From: Minisyncoccota bacterium
GTDB lineage: Bacteria; Patescibacteriota; Microgenomatia; UBA1400; UBA12028
NCBI GenBank assembly: GCA_003487265.1
Contig: DNEP01000013.1
Span: forward strand, 125,736 to 189,735
Length of the DNA: 64,000 nt
Reading direction: 5' to 3'
This document shows, one piece after another, positions 1 to 10,331 of this stretch. A program made the translations under genes and the position numbers. Position 1 is the stretch's first letter. Each line of letters opens with the position of its first letter. Under the pieces are notes generated by a model. It saw only the letters and a program-made list of their open reading frames with translations, searched no databases and was not told where the DNA came from.

Positions 1-1
1 T

Positions 2-523
2 ACCCTATTTGTCCTAAAGAAACGCATTTTATTTGCTGTTTTGATCTCATTTTTTGCACTCACAACGTATCTGACAACATATCTGGGCGCCTTCTCGAAA
101 GATCTCACATTCATTCAATATCTTCAGTTTGAGCGATGGAGGCTTTCCTGGTTTATGGGCAAAACCGACAGTCCGAAAGGATATATCTTTTCGACAATCT
201 TGTTTGGAAAACATCCGCAATGGTGGGCAGATAAACAGGCATTTGTTTCGTACGATTCATATTCGATAATCTGGCCAATAGTCTTTATTGGATTTTTATG
301 CAATTGTGTGCGATTACTGCACGAGAGAAAACTCAACATACAAGCGCTCATGCACATTCAAGTTGCATTCTCACTTGCCTTTTTAAGTCTTGGAGCATCA
401 AACGATTTCTATCTTATTCCGCTCATGCCGATTTTCACGCTTTCAACTGCACAATTTACAGAATATCAATTTATGAAAAAAGGGTTACTTTCCACGCATA
501 AACCAGTCGACCGTCTTCCGTAA
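2..523 (+). CDS. Possible partial hydrophobic ORF running in from upstream of the window. First in-window start is TTG at 41 and the frame is open back to base 2. Overlaps 3' end of the galE-like gene.
   Basis: ORF track 41..523. No stop in frame from position 2. Hydrophobic stretches (IIWPIVFIGFLC, AFSLAFLSLGA). No recognisable family. Confidence 0.25.
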   Translation, partial: TLFVLKKRILFAVLISFFALTTYLTTYLGAFSKDLTFIQYLQFERWRLSWFMGKTDSPKGYIFSTILFGKHPQWWADKQAFVSYDSYSIIWPIVFIGFLCNCVRLLHERKLNIQALMHIQVAFSLAFLSLGASNDFYLIPLMPIFTLSTAQFTEYQFMKKGLLSTHKPVDRLP

Positions 524-1382
524 TCCTTCTTCAATTCCTACCTCTGCCTGCCACCCAAGCACTTTTCCTGCCTTTGAGGAATCAGCATACAGCTCCATTG
601 GATCACCTGGTCGCGGAGGGAAAAAGCGAATATTTGCTTGTTTTCCAAGGATCTTCTCTAACAGGTGAATAACATCGATCACCGAGGTCGAACGCTGTCC
701 AGAAAGATTCATATATTGATATCCATCCTGCAACTCCAACGCGAGAAGGTGTGCGCGAACAACGTCATCAATATAAATATAGTCGCGCAAATTCAATCCC
801 TCACCCCAAACCGTCACCTCTTTGTCTTGCATAATTTGAGAAATAAAACGGGGAATCGCGTGCGTTTCTGGTTCGTGATCCTCGCCCGGTCCGTAGAGAT
901 TAAAATATCGTAATGCCACACCAGTCATTCCATACGATGCAACATACGAGGACACAAGACCTTCCATCGCTAATTTTGTCATGCCATATGGATTGATTGG
1001 TATCGTTCGATCGTCTTCCTTGATTGGAACCCGAATCGGTTCGCCATAAACGGCCGCACTCGAACTAAACAAAAACTTTTTGACACCAGAACGACGCATC
1101 GCTTCCAACACCGAAAGTGTTCCCAAAATGTTATTTTTGATATATTTTTCTGGTTTTTCTACTGATTCTCCCGCCTCAATATAGCTTGCGAGATGAAAAA
1201 CGGCATCAACTTCATGAAAGTACGGTAAAATCGAGAATTGATCCAAAATGTCGACCTGAGTTGTAGGAAATAGTGCACACGGTTTCACATCCAAATTGTG
1301 CACACGATGACCTGCTTGCATCAACGCAACTCCCAATTTTTTCCCAAGAAATCCCGATCCACCAGTGAGCAAAATATTCATA
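485..1382 (-). CDS. NAD-dependent epimerase/dehydratase, UDP-glucose 4-epimerase (GalE)-like
   Basis: N-terminal Rossmann motif MNILLTGGSGFLG. Downstream YGMTKLAMEGL resembles the SDR YxxxK region. Start moved to the internal ATG at 1382, preceded by GGAG-like RBS (rc of ctcct at 1391..1395). Confidence 0.8.
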
Positions 1383-1426
1383 TCACATCTCCTATTTCTT
1401 TGTTCATTGTTGCACAAATTAAAAAC

Positions 1427-2557
1427 TCACGCCACCCAAACTCCGTGTAGGAAAAGTGCGGTGTTGAGAAATAAAAACGGAATCATTGCGATTATCGTTC
1501 CCACCCAAATCTTTGGATGTGTTACACGAAGACGCGCGAAAAAGAAAAAGATTGGAAAAACCGTCAAAACGTATCTTGGCATGCTTTGAAATGTTCCCGT
1601 AAGTGGTGGCAATAAAAAACAAAACCAAGAAAAAAGAAGATACTCGATCGACGTCCGATATCGTTTTGTGAAAGTCATGAAAAGCAAAATACACAACACT
1701 CCCATGGTAATCACAAACTCCTGAATTGTGGCGTACATCGCCCAAGAAAATGAAGAAGCATTCCAAATCATATTTAGGTAGCGGTATACTACTTGAGGAA
1801 AAAGAATAAGTGATTCTTGTCGTCCCGCATTGAAATCCGCTTGAACATGAAAAAAGAGCAAAGGATCTTGATAGCGATACCATAAGTAAGCCATATATGA
1901 TCCAATTCCCAAAAATCCAATCGCAATTTTTTTTGAGGAAGAAAAAAGTGAATGAAAATGACGTTTCGCGAGAGAAAGCCATGGAACCGAAAGCGCTGCG
2001 AGTATTCCAAAAACACCGACTAATCTTGTTGCCGATCCCAATGCAAGTATCAAACCCGCCAATAACCAGTTTTCTTTTTTTACAAGATAAAACGCGGAAA
2101 CCATCAGCAGAAAAAACAGCGATTCTGTATATACGGCGGCGAAAAAGAAGGCGGTGGGGAATACCAGAATTGGAACGAGATTAATCAACGAGTGATCCAT
2201 CTCTGTGTACTTTAATAAAATCGTCAGACCCACAATAAAAAACATTAAAGACATTACTTGTCCAAAAATCACTGGATTTATTGACAAACCCACCGCTACC
2301 TTCAATAAAAGCGGAAATAAAGGAAAGAACGCCTGAACAAGTCCTGTTCCAAAATATCCATTGGTTGCGATGGAAAGATAATGCACACCATCAAATCCAG
2401 ACCACGCATTCACAGATCGAGGTCCATACGTTGAAATTACCTCAACATATGGAAAACTCGGGTGATACTCACCTAAATATTGTCCCAGAAACTCGCCCGA
2501 CTGTAAAAACACCCGCCAAAGAACAACCATGCCAGCAACAATTAAAAGTTTACGCAT
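1427..2557 (-). CDS. Polytopic integral membrane protein, putative GT-C-type glycosyltransferase (DUF2029/GT87-like guess)
   Basis: About 10 predicted hydrophobic helices. Motif WSGFDGVHYLSIATNGY. Start at internal ATG 2557, 8-nt overlap with upstream stop. Alternative start at 2626. Confidence 0.55.
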   Translation of the reverse strand: MRKLLIVAGMVVLWRVFLQSGEFLGQYLGEYHPSFPYVEVISTYGPRSVNAWSGFDGVHYLSIATNGYFGTGLVQAFFPLFPLLLKVAVGLSINPVIFGQVMSLMFFIVGLTILLKYTEMDHSLINLVPILVFPTAFFFAAVYTESLFFLLMVSAFYLVKKENWLLAGLILALGSATRLVGVFGILAALSVPWLSLAKRHFHSLFSSSKKIAIGFLGIGSYMAYLWYRYQDPLLFFHVQADFNAGRQESLILFPQVVYRYLNMIWNASSFSWAMYATIQEFVITMGVLCILLFMTFTKRYRTSIEYLLFSWFCFLLPPLTGTFQSMPRYVLTVFPIFFFFARLRVTHPKIWVGTIIAMIPFLFLNTALFLHGVWVA

Positions 2558-4217
2558 ATTTTTTCTTAATACAAATTGAAAAGATTCCCACCCCAATAAC
2601 ACCAATGACAGAAAGACTATTTCCAATCAAACGTGCGGGCGTATTTTGAGTAAATCTCGATTCTATCTCATGTTCCCCTACTGGAACAGAAAATGAAATT
2701 AAGCCACCAGACTTTTGATGCTCAATTTCAATCTTTTTCCCATTTATTTTTGTTTCCCATCCATGAAAAAAGGCGGTTGGTTCGGTGACCAAACCATCTT
2801 CAAACATACGAACGGTATATCGATGGTAAGAACCATTCCATTTTTTTATTTCAAGGACTTCTCCACTTTTCAAAATTGGATATTGAGAACTCAGATCTTG
2901 GGGAACCTCGGTTAATGTTACAGGTTGATTTTCATGTTGAACGGTTGATGTTTCCGCAAAAGAAAAATAATACGCATTATTGTGATGTATCCGTGGTAAG
3001 TTTTGAATGCGAGTGAGCGAAAGGACCATTAAAAAACTCACCCCCAGAAGGAACAATTTCAAGTTTGAGGATGCTTTGTGATACACCATCACTTGCAAAG
3101 GAAGAAAACATAAAGCAAAAATGCCAATTAATCTCCAAGGAAACTGCGTGAACTGCAGTAGTGGAAACGCTTTCCAAATAAAAAGTGAAATGGGTTGCAT
3201 CAAAAAAAGAATCAACAGAGACAGTACAAAAATTGAAAAATACGGTTTTTTGTTGTTACGCATAAACACGAGCTGAGCAAAAAACAGGGGTATTGAAACG
3301 ATGGTCAGCAATCCAAGCGAAAACGAAAGTGCATCGACGGGGCCTTCATATGAAAACCCTCGATCAAATGGGGAAGAAAACAACTGAAGCATTGTGGGAA
3401 AATGACTTGAGTAAAATTGGGTAAGATTGACGTACTTCATCACCACAAACCCCTGTTCAAACATGGCGGGAATCCAAAAGAAACACGCGCTTAGTCCAGC
3501 AAGTAGATATGGAATTGCGTATAGGAAAAACGCATTCCATTTCGCTTGATACATTCGCACAATCCAATACGCAGCAAATAAAGGAACAAGATATAAAACA
3601 AAAATGTTATGCGATAAGAGGAGAGAAAGAACCATCGCGTGAACATACAAAAATCGTGCAACAGTTTGCTTTTTTAAGAAAAGATCAAATGAAAGAAAAA
3701 GATGAGGAAAAATCGCATATGCCATCATTTCGCCAATGACTCCGCGAGCAAAAAAGTCTGAGTATAAAAATGGAGCTAAAATAAAACTCAACACACCAAA
3801 ACTCGCAACTTCTTTTGTGGTGTGCTGTCGAAAGAAAACAAATACACCTCGAGCACCAAAAACAATTGACACAAACATCAATAATTTAAACGTGAACTCA
3901 ATAGAAATATCAAAACTTGTGAAAGGAATAGCTAAGATATTCGGCAGTGGATAGTTATAGTTAAATACAGGGTAACCGTATCCACCCATCATATACGGAG
4001 CAACGCGCGGAGGAAACTGCCCCTGTCGCAAAGCAAGATAGTACTGCGCAAATCGTGCGAGATGATTTTCTCCATCGTGTGTTTGAACTACTCCTTCACC
4101 CAACAGTGGAAGTAAAAAAGCTCGCAAACTTAGAAAAAGCATGATTGAAATCAAAACAAATCTTATTCTAAACATGACTTGTATACCTCTAAGGTTTCTA
4201 ACGCACACTTCTCCCAA
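2550..4217 (-). CDS. Large polytopic membrane protein, YfhO-like GT-C candidate (family A paralog 1)
   Basis: N-terminal motif HDGENHLARFAQYYLALRQGQFPPRVAPYMMGGYGYPVFNYNYPLP, shared with ORFs 24328..26061 and 29028..30680. Many TM segments. C-terminal soluble domain. Start may be the internal ATG near 4175. Confidence 0.6.
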   Translation of the reverse strand: MGEVCVRNLRGIQVMFRIRFVLISIMLFLSLRAFLLPLLGEGVVQTHDGENHLARFAQYYLALRQGQFPPRVAPYMMGGYGYPVFNYNYPLPNILAIPFTSFDISIEFTFKLLMFVSIVFGARGVFVFFRQHTTKEVASFGVLSFILAPFLYSDFFARGVIGEMMAYAIFPHLFLSFDLFLKKQTVARFLYVHAMVLSLLLSHNIFVLYLVPLFAAYWIVRMYQAKWNAFFLYAIPYLLAGLSACFFWIPAMFEQGFVVMKYVNLTQFYSSHFPTMLQLFSSPFDRGFSYEGPVDALSFSLGLLTIVSIPLFFAQLVFMRNNKKPYFSIFVLSLLILFLMQPISLFIWKAFPLLQFTQFPWRLIGIFALCFLPLQVMVYHKASSNLKLFLLGVSFLMVLSLTRIQNLPRIHHNNAYYFSFAETSTVQHENQPVTLTEVPQDLSSQYPILKSGEVLEIKKWNGSYHRYTVRMFEDGLVTEPTAFFHGWETKINGKKIEIEHQKSGGLISFSVPVGEHEIESRFTQNTPARLIGNSLSVIGVIGVGIFSICIKKKYA

Positions 4218-5191
4218 CTAAAGCGTTTGAGATTTTGTTTTCCTTGTTCGATAAGGCGTTGCTTTTGTGTAGGAGTAAAATCAAAGACGGTTTGAATCGC
4301 TCGTGCCAAATCATCTGCAGAAGGGGAATCCGCATAGACAACCGCGTCACCACCGACCTCTGGGAGCGATCCTCCGCTCGTACTCACGACAGGAACTTCG
4401 CACTGCATTGCATCAAGAACAGAAAGACCAAACCCTTCATACAGCGAAGGCTGAACATAACAACTCGCCATAGAATAGATTGAGGAAAGAATCGAAGCTG
4501 GTGCGTGGGGAATGTTTGACAAAATATGTACGCGATTTTCTAGATGCAGTCGTTGAATTTCTTCGTGAAGCGCGCGACCTTCAGGAATTGAGGTGTTCAT
4601 CAGCGATCGACCCACAAGCACAGCGTGCACTTCCTTTGACAGTAGCGCTACCGATCCTAGAAGTGAAAGGAGATTTTTATTGTAGTTCATGTCCCCAACA
4701 TACAGAATATAGGTACTAGGAAGGTAATATTTTTCTTGTATTTCTTTGAGTTGAGAATCATCTTGAATCTTTTGTAGCTCTGGATTTCCTGCTAGATATG
4801 TAACAACTATTTTTTCTTTTGGCACATGAAGATATTTTTGAATATCTCGTTTCGAACATTCTGAGTCAGTTAAAATCATTTTTACCGAGTTAAGCGAAAG
4901 ACGTTGAAAAATATGAGAAATATATCCACGTATTCCAACTGGATATGCATTTGGATAAACAAAAGGAATAACATCGTGAATTGTAACAACGGTTGGTTTC
5001 TTTTTTTGTAATGGTAGTGTGTGAAAAAAAAGATCAAAAAAAGGATAGTGAACAAGATCGGGATTGTTTTCTGAAACGCTCACATTGGGCATTTTTGAGA
5101 GTGCGTGTTGCAACTGCGTAGAATACATTCCAATACCGCGAAAGGTGTTGGCGTTTTTATTTCTATCATGCCCAAAAGAGACAGTAATCAT
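4163..5191 (-). CDS. Glycosyltransferase family 4 (GT-B, retaining)
   Basis: Classic GT4 C-terminal motif EGFGLSVLDAMQCEVPVVSTSGGSLPEVGGDAVVYAD. ATGA overlap with downstream GT2 at 5188..5191. Confidence 0.85.
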   Translation of the reverse strand: MITVSFGHDRNKNANTFRGIGMYSTQLQHALSKMPNVSVSENNPDLVHYPFFDLFFHTLPLQKKKPTVVTIHDVIPFVYPNAYPVGIRGYISHIFQRLSLNSVKMILTDSECSKRDIQKYLHVPKEKIVVTYLAGNPELQKIQDDSQLKEIQEKYYLPSTYILYVGDMNYNKNLLSLLGSVALLSKEVHAVLVGRSLMNTSIPEGRALHEEIQRLHLENRVHILSNIPHAPASILSSIYSMASCYVQPSLYEGFGLSVLDAMQCEVPVVSTSGGSLPEVGGDAVVYADSPSADDLARAIQTVFDFTPTQKQRLIEQGKQNLKRFSWEKCALETLEVYKSCLE

Positions 5192-5907
5192 GGTGATAGT
5201 GATGTTCCAAAAAACTTATGTCCCGCAAACTTCAAAATCAATCGGAGATGGCGGAATCCATCCCGATACGTATTTAATTTCGAGTACGATTTGTTATGTC
5301 TCTGCCCGTATGAAATGGGAATCTCTTTCATGCGAAGGCCGACTAGACTCGCTTTCATCAACATTTCTGAAGCGTACTCCATTCCCGTATACTGGAGATT
5401 CATTTTTTTGTATGCATCGCGCGTAAACATGCGAAGACCACAATGCCCATCACGAATAGGCGTCCAAAAAAAGATGTTGAGAAGTAGTGTAAGTACTGGT
5501 ACTCCAACATATCGATGAACCCAAGGCATCGCTAAAGGATCGATGTCCCCCATTAATCGATTACCGCTCACAAAATCATAACCGTTTTGAATATGGGAAT
5601 AAAATTGCGGAATCTCACGAAAATCATAGGTGTCATCCGAGTCGCCCATCACAAAAATAGAGCCTTTGGCTTCCTGAAACCCCGCCATTAACGCTGAACC
5701 ATACCCCTTTCTCTTCACTTCGATGACTCTCGCTCCGCTTTCTTTTGCAATTTGAATCGAACGATCGTGTGAACCGTTATCTGCAACAACCACCTCCCCC
5801 TCAACTCCGCAGGCTCGGATTCCCTCTAACGCCTTTTTAACAGAAGCTCCAAGTGTTTCCTCCTCATTTAAACAGGGCAGAACGACCGATATTGATGGTG
5901 TTTTCAT
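5188..5907 (-). CDS. Glycosyltransferase family 2, polyprenyl-phosphate sugar synthase (DPM1/GtrB-like)
   Basis: SVVLPCLNEEETLGASV...VVVADNGSHDRS...GDSDDTY. GT2 DXD-type motifs. ATGA overlaps on both sides. Confidence 0.85.
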   Translation of the reverse strand: MKTPSISVVLPCLNEEETLGASVKKALEGIRACGVEGEVVVADNGSHDRSIQIAKESGARVIEVKRKGYGSALMAGFQEAKGSIFVMGDSDDTYDFREIPQFYSHIQNGYDFVSGNRLMGDIDPLAMPWVHRYVGVPVLTLLLNIFFWTPIRDGHCGLRMFTRDAYKKMNLQYTGMEYASEMLMKASLVGLRMKEIPISYGQRHNKSYSKLNTYRDGFRHLRLILKFAGHKFFGTSLSP

Positions 5908-7211
5908 GATTCCTTTCGTATCATGTATCCTGACACAACGATGAGCATAGGCGCAAGATGTAAACTTAAACGCGAGATCGCTGCGGCGATAAAGGTCGCC
6001 TGTTCTTCAGGCGCAATGGTGAAAATAATCATATACACCACCAGTTGAACGACAAAAGCAGTGATCAGTGGGAAAAATCGCGAGCTCATCATCTGTTTGA
6101 CATGAAAGATGCACTGTAAAAAGAAAATATAGAAAGTAAGATTCCATTTTTGAATATTGCGAAACTCTTCTCGAAATGCGTGAACGCTGTACACGGCGTA
6201 CTCAATCCAAGGTCGCGAATACAGTTCTGAAAACTTGAAATACTGACTACTCATACCAACAACTTTTGTAAACAATATCCAAACAGTTGCAAAAAATGTT
6301 GGAATGATTAATCGTGCAAATTTCTTCGGCGCGAGCAAAAAACTCATCCCCGCTGTTGAAAGATACCACACCAACCCCTCAGATTTTGCCCAAGGCGCAC
6401 CCACCCAAAACCAATGTGCGAGTGTACGTTTCCCCTCCAACCAAAGCATCGTCCCCGTCGCGATCGAGATTCCAACAAAAACATCGGACGTTCCGACATA
6501 CTCGCCAGAAATATGCTCTCGAAAAATAAACAAGGAGCAAAGCAGTGCGCTGAAAAACAGCGCATATTTTTTGGGAGTTGTGCGAAAGAAAAAACCCACC
6601 ACCGCACAAATAAACGCAACTGAAAATCCAAACGTACTCACTTTGAGAGCCATCTCGTTGTGCGTTCCCGTAATGAGAAACGCATCCGCCCCCAACATGG
6701 GTAGAAAAAGAGGATACTCGGGGTGGTTGAATCGCTCAAATGAGTTTGGTTGGATCACTTGGTCATATGCCAATACATACGTTTTTGGTAACCAAAAAGC
6801 GATTGCGTCCCAAGCATAAATCGAGCGTGAATAACTTCTTGATCCAAACAAAAATAACGTAACAAAAAACGGAATCAATAAAAGGAGTACGAATGAAAAA
6901 CGAAAGTTATATATTCGAGAAACGTATCGAGTCCAGTTTTTTCTCAACAACACAAATGTCTGAGCAATTGCAAAAAGATGGAGAAGAATAAGTGAATAGA
7001 AGATAGAAAACTGAAAAAAAGCAAAAACTGTTTGAAGCAGGGTGGCATAGATCGCACCCAAAATGATCGGCAGTCCGAGTTTTTCAAAAAAAGAATTCGA
7101 GGTGAGCGTTTCTTTTAAAAGCCTTATTAACGCATATCCAACATTCCACCACATGAACCACGTCAAGATTCCTGCGAAAAACCAGTTCACAACATGTTCA
7201 AATAGATTCAT
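5904..7211 (-). CDS. Polytopic integral membrane protein (putative glycan polymerase/GT-C-like), function unknown
   Basis: 435 aa with more than 10 hydrophobic helices. Embedded in the GT operon with ATGA overlaps at both ends. Confidence 0.55.
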   Translation of the reverse strand: MNLFEHVVNWFFAGILTWFMWWNVGYALIRLLKETLTSNSFFEKLGLPIILGAIYATLLQTVFAFFQFSIFYSLILLHLFAIAQTFVLLRKNWTRYVSRIYNFRFSFVLLLLIPFFVTLFLFGSRSYSRSIYAWDAIAFWLPKTYVLAYDQVIQPNSFERFNHPEYPLFLPMLGADAFLITGTHNEMALKVSTFGFSVAFICAVVGFFFRTTPKKYALFFSALLCSLFIFREHISGEYVGTSDVFVGISIATGTMLWLEGKRTLAHWFWVGAPWAKSEGLVWYLSTAGMSFLLAPKKFARLIIPTFFATVWILFTKVVGMSSQYFKFSELYSRPWIEYAVYSVHAFREEFRNIQKWNLTFYIFFLQCIFHVKQMMSSRFFPLITAFVVQLVVYMIIFTIAPEEQATFIAAAISRLSLHLAPMLIVVSGYMIRKES

Positions 7212-7723
7212 TCATCGTCTTTCAAAAAATAAACAATTGTACGCGAGTCAATTACAGCAACTGAACGTGTTCTTGGATATGTGTGCAGTTCTTGATTAAA
7301 AACGAGTGCGTACTCCCCTTTTCGCGATGAGACGGTTGCGACCGGATCGATCCCCACAGGATATGCGTACATGCGTGCAAAATACATCTCTTTCGTCGAT
7401 AATCCTTGGATTTGAATCGTTGCTGATGCAGGGAGACTCCCTCGGATTTGATCGTGATACAGATGATAATAACTTCCCGACTCATGCTCGCGTTTGCTCA
7501 ACGCGGTATCTCGCAAAGATTTTACTGATTCCTCGTATAACCCAAGCTCTTCAAAAAATGATAGTCCGATAAGATAACTTGAACATATCATTGTAATCGT
7601 AAGAACACCGACATGAATTATGTTTCGATATTTGCGAAACACAAACGCAATACTGGCTATGACAAAAAGAGACAGGTAAAACCATCCCAGAAGTGGCAAA
7701 AGGGCTACCAGTTTTTCGTTCAC
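7208..7723 (-). CDS. Hypothetical membrane-anchored protein
   Basis: Two N-terminal TM helices then a soluble domain. GTG start at 7723 overlapping upstream stop (GTGA). No family recognised. Confidence 0.45.
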   Translation of the reverse strand: MNEKLVALLPLLGWFYLSLFVIASIAFVFRKYRNIIHVGVLTITMICSSYLIGLSFFEELGLYEESVKSLRDTALSKREHESGSYYHLYHDQIRGSLPASATIQIQGLSTKEMYFARMYAYPVGIDPVATVSSRKGEYALVFNQELHTYPRTRSVAVIDSRTIVYFLKDDE

Positions 7724-8592
7724 GTTTTATCCTTTTCAACATCTTTTTTGAGATGATGTTCAATCACCTTCATATACGCAATTGCGTAATGCAATCCCGA
7801 AAAAAGAGACCACACAAATCCTCGAAATCCATCAAGAAATCCTTTATGTCGAATAAACAATAAGAGAAAAACAACAACCGGTTTGACAAACATAAAATTC
7901 ACCGTGTTCAAGATTCCCAAACACATACCACTTTTAATCCAGTGTTGCGCCGTCTGCGTGGTGTAACGATCGGCGCGATCAAGATATCGAGCAAATGTGG
8001 GATCGCTCAGATGAAGAAGTGGCGCCGACAACCACGCAACAGCTCCATCAATCTGAATCTGTTCGTGCACTGATTTACATGGGAAATGTGCGTATTTTTT
8101 TTGAACCAATCGAATAACCCCGTCTGGATAAACACCCGCATGAAGAAGATATCCACCTAAGAAATAGTTTTTCCGAGGAATACAATATCCGCGAACCGGC
8201 CCATTTTGTTGAGAAACTTCTGGATCACTTTTTATCACCGCTTGAAAATGACGATCAAATAGTTTTTGATCTTTGTTTGAGATCGTAATCGTTTTTCCTG
8301 AAATTACATCTTTGATTTGTTGCACAAGGGCGGGAGTTACACGCTCATCTGCATCAAGCTGTAAAATCCAATCATTCGTACATGTTTCGAGTGCGAGTTG
8401 TTTCTGTTTATGAAACATTGGGTCATGGTTTGCGTGAACCACAATCGCATCAAATTTTTTTGCGATCTCGACGGTTCGATCATCGCTTCCCGAATCAACA
8501 ACCACAATTTCATCCGCAATCGCTTGTATCGAATGAAGACAATCACCAATGTTTTTTTCCTCGTTTCGAACAGCCAGAGCAACAGAAAGCAT
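7720..8592 (-). CDS. Glycosyltransferase family 2
   Basis: MLSVALAVRNEEKNIGDCL...VVVDSGSDDRT...LQLDADERVTP. C-terminal TM helices. Confidence 0.85.
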   Translation of the reverse strand: MLSVALAVRNEEKNIGDCLHSIQAIADEIVVVDSGSDDRTVEIAKKFDAIVVHANHDPMFHKQKQLALETCTNDWILQLDADERVTPALVQQIKDVISGKTITISNKDQKLFDRHFQAVIKSDPEVSQQNGPVRGYCIPRKNYFLGGYLLHAGVYPDGVIRLVQKKYAHFPCKSVHEQIQIDGAVAWLSAPLLHLSDPTFARYLDRADRYTTQTAQHWIKSGMCLGILNTVNFMFVKPVVVFLLLFIRHKGFLDGFRGFVWSLFSGLHYAIAYMKVIEHHLKKDVEKDKT

Positions 8593-8624
8593 GCCTCCAT
8601 TGTATCATCCTGTGATAGGATATA

Positions 8625-10331
8625 TTGATGAATGGAATCACGCGAATCCTTCGAGGCCATTGGCACATCCTGCTTATTTTTTTCTTCGCGCTTTTTATCC
8701 GTGTCTTTCAGTTAGGATCCGTTCCAAGCGCGATGCACCGCGATGAACTTTCCATTGCGTATAACGCGTACTCTATCTTGAAAACGGGGAAGGACGAGTA
8801 TGGGGTGCCTTTTCCACTTAGTTTTAAAGCTTTCGGAGAGTACAAATTACCTGGAATGATCTATCTCACTGTTCCAAGTATCGCCATGTTTGGATTAACT
8901 CCTTTTGCATCTCGCCTACCTACCGCAATAATTGGATCAATCACGGTGGTGTTTGTGTACATCTTCGTATTGGAGCTTTTTAAACGAAGGAAAATCGCAG
9001 TCTTCTCGTCGCTTTTTTTTGCGATGGACTACTGGCACATTCATGGATCTCGCAATATTTATGAGCCCGTTCTTCAACTTCCGCTCATGCTTTTGTTTCT
9101 CTTTTCACTACTTCGGTCACAAACAAACAAAAAATGGTTGATTGTCGCGTATGTTTCGTTAATCACCTCGTTCTTTTCTTATAATTCCTCACTTGTAATT
9201 GGAATTCCACTCGCCGTGAGCGGTATCGCGTACAACATTCTTCTCTCAAAAAAAGTTCAAGCAAAACAGATTTTAATCTATCTCGTCTTTGTATTCTTGA
9301 TTGGAATTTCTTCGGTTGTAATGTACTTTGCGTTTTCTGGAATAAATAGATCAAGAGAAAATTCGTTCGTGTTCACAGAGTCATCAAAACAAGAAGTTGA
9401 TGAAAAGATTTTGTTCCTTCGCTCAAAAAACACCCCCGAATTGCGTATTAAAATGTTTACAAACAGTATTTCTCAATATCAATTTTCATTTCTAAAAAGC
9501 TATCTCACCGCCTTTGATCCAACCTTTCTCTTTATTTCTGGAGATGATAATCAATGGCATAATCTTGAAAAACTCCAACTTGGGAATATTCAGCTTCTTT
9601 TTTTCCCATTAATCGTTATTGGTCTTGTCGCATACACGCGTAGAAACACTCCCGCTGGTCTTCTTTTATTTACGATACTTCTTACATCAGCGCTCGCACA
9701 CGGATTAACAAAAAACACTCCTAGCATCAATCGATTGTTCGAGTTTGCAACTATACTTGACGTGTATGCGGGCCTTGGAATGTATTATCTCGTTGTTCAT
9801 TATAAAAAGATTGCGATGGGAGTTTTGGCTTTAATATTCATTTCAACGGCACTTTTCATTCATTCGTATTTTATGATGTATACACATCTCCTCGATGGAG
9901 TCTGGCTTCCTTCTTTTTCCACAGCGATGCTGGATCTTGAAGAGATAAACAACAAAAAGAATCATCCCCCGATGTTTATTTCAAAACTGGCATCTGGATC
10001 GTATATTTCATATGCGTTTTACACTCAACTCGATCCGCTAATTTTGCAGAGAGACGCCAAGCGCAACGAACAAACACAATTCACACAGTTTTTACAACTC
10101 AATAATTTCTTTTTTCATGAAGATGTGGATCATCTTTTTACTTCTCCAGAAAAAATTCAAGAACACTTTCCTCAAATCGACAGCGTTGTGTATATTTTGT
10201 CGCAACATGCGCCCACCATATCTTCAACACTTTCTTCTGAGATAGTGAAAACATATCCAAACACATATCACAACGAATCATGGAAACTGTACAAACTCAC
10301 TTTCGTACCACTCGATATTTCGTCTGAGTAG
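8625..10331 (+). CDS. PMT_2/GT39-like dolichyl(polyprenyl)-phosphate-sugar protein glycosyltransferase (GT-C), paralog 1
   Basis: MHRDELSIAYNAYSILKTGKDEYGVPFPLSFKAFGEYKLPGMIYL. This is the DE catalytic loop motif plus FGDYKLP typical of PMT_2/ArnT-like GT-C. About 12 TM helices and a C-terminal soluble domain. Confidence 0.8.
   Translation: MMNGITRILRGHWHILLIFFFALFIRVFQLGSVPSAMHRDELSIAYNAYSILKTGKDEYGVPFPLSFKAFGEYKLPGMIYLTVPSIAMFGLTPFASRLPTAIIGSITVVFVYIFVLELFKRRKIAVFSSLFFAMDYWHIHGSRNIYEPVLQLPLMLLFLFSLLRSQTNKKWLIVAYVSLITSFFSYNSSLVIGIPLAVSGIAYNILLSKKVQAKQILIYLVFVFLIGISSVVMYFAFSGINRSRENSFVFTESSKQEVDEKILFLRSKNTPELRIKMFTNSISQYQFSFLKSYLTAFDPTFLFISGDDNQWHNLEKLQLGNIQLLFFPLIVIGLVAYTRRNTPAGLLLFTILLTSALAHGLTKNTPSINRLFEFATILDVYAGLGMYYLVVHYKKIAMGVLALIFISTALFIHSYFMMYTHLLDGVWLPSFSTAMLDLEEINNKKNHPPMFISKLASGSYISYAFYTQLDPLILQRDAKRNEQTQFTQFLQLNNFFFHEDVDHLFTSPEKIQEHFPQIDSVVYILSQHAPTISSTLSSEIVKTYPNTYHNESWKLYKLTFVPLDISSE

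Noticed and set aside
124-357. 77-aa minus-strand ORF in the leftmost region
   Set aside because: Short, no motifs, antisense to the longer plus-strand partial ORF. Likely spurious.
6304-6819. 171-aa plus-strand ORF
   Set aside because: Lies entirely antisense within the 5904..7211 membrane-protein gene. Basic low-complexity composition typical of shadow ORFs.
8337-8666. 109-aa minus-strand ORF spanning the GT2 start and the intergenic region
   Set aside because: Out-of-frame overlap with the well-supported GT2 gene 7720..8592 and the divergent PMT_2 gene. No motifs.
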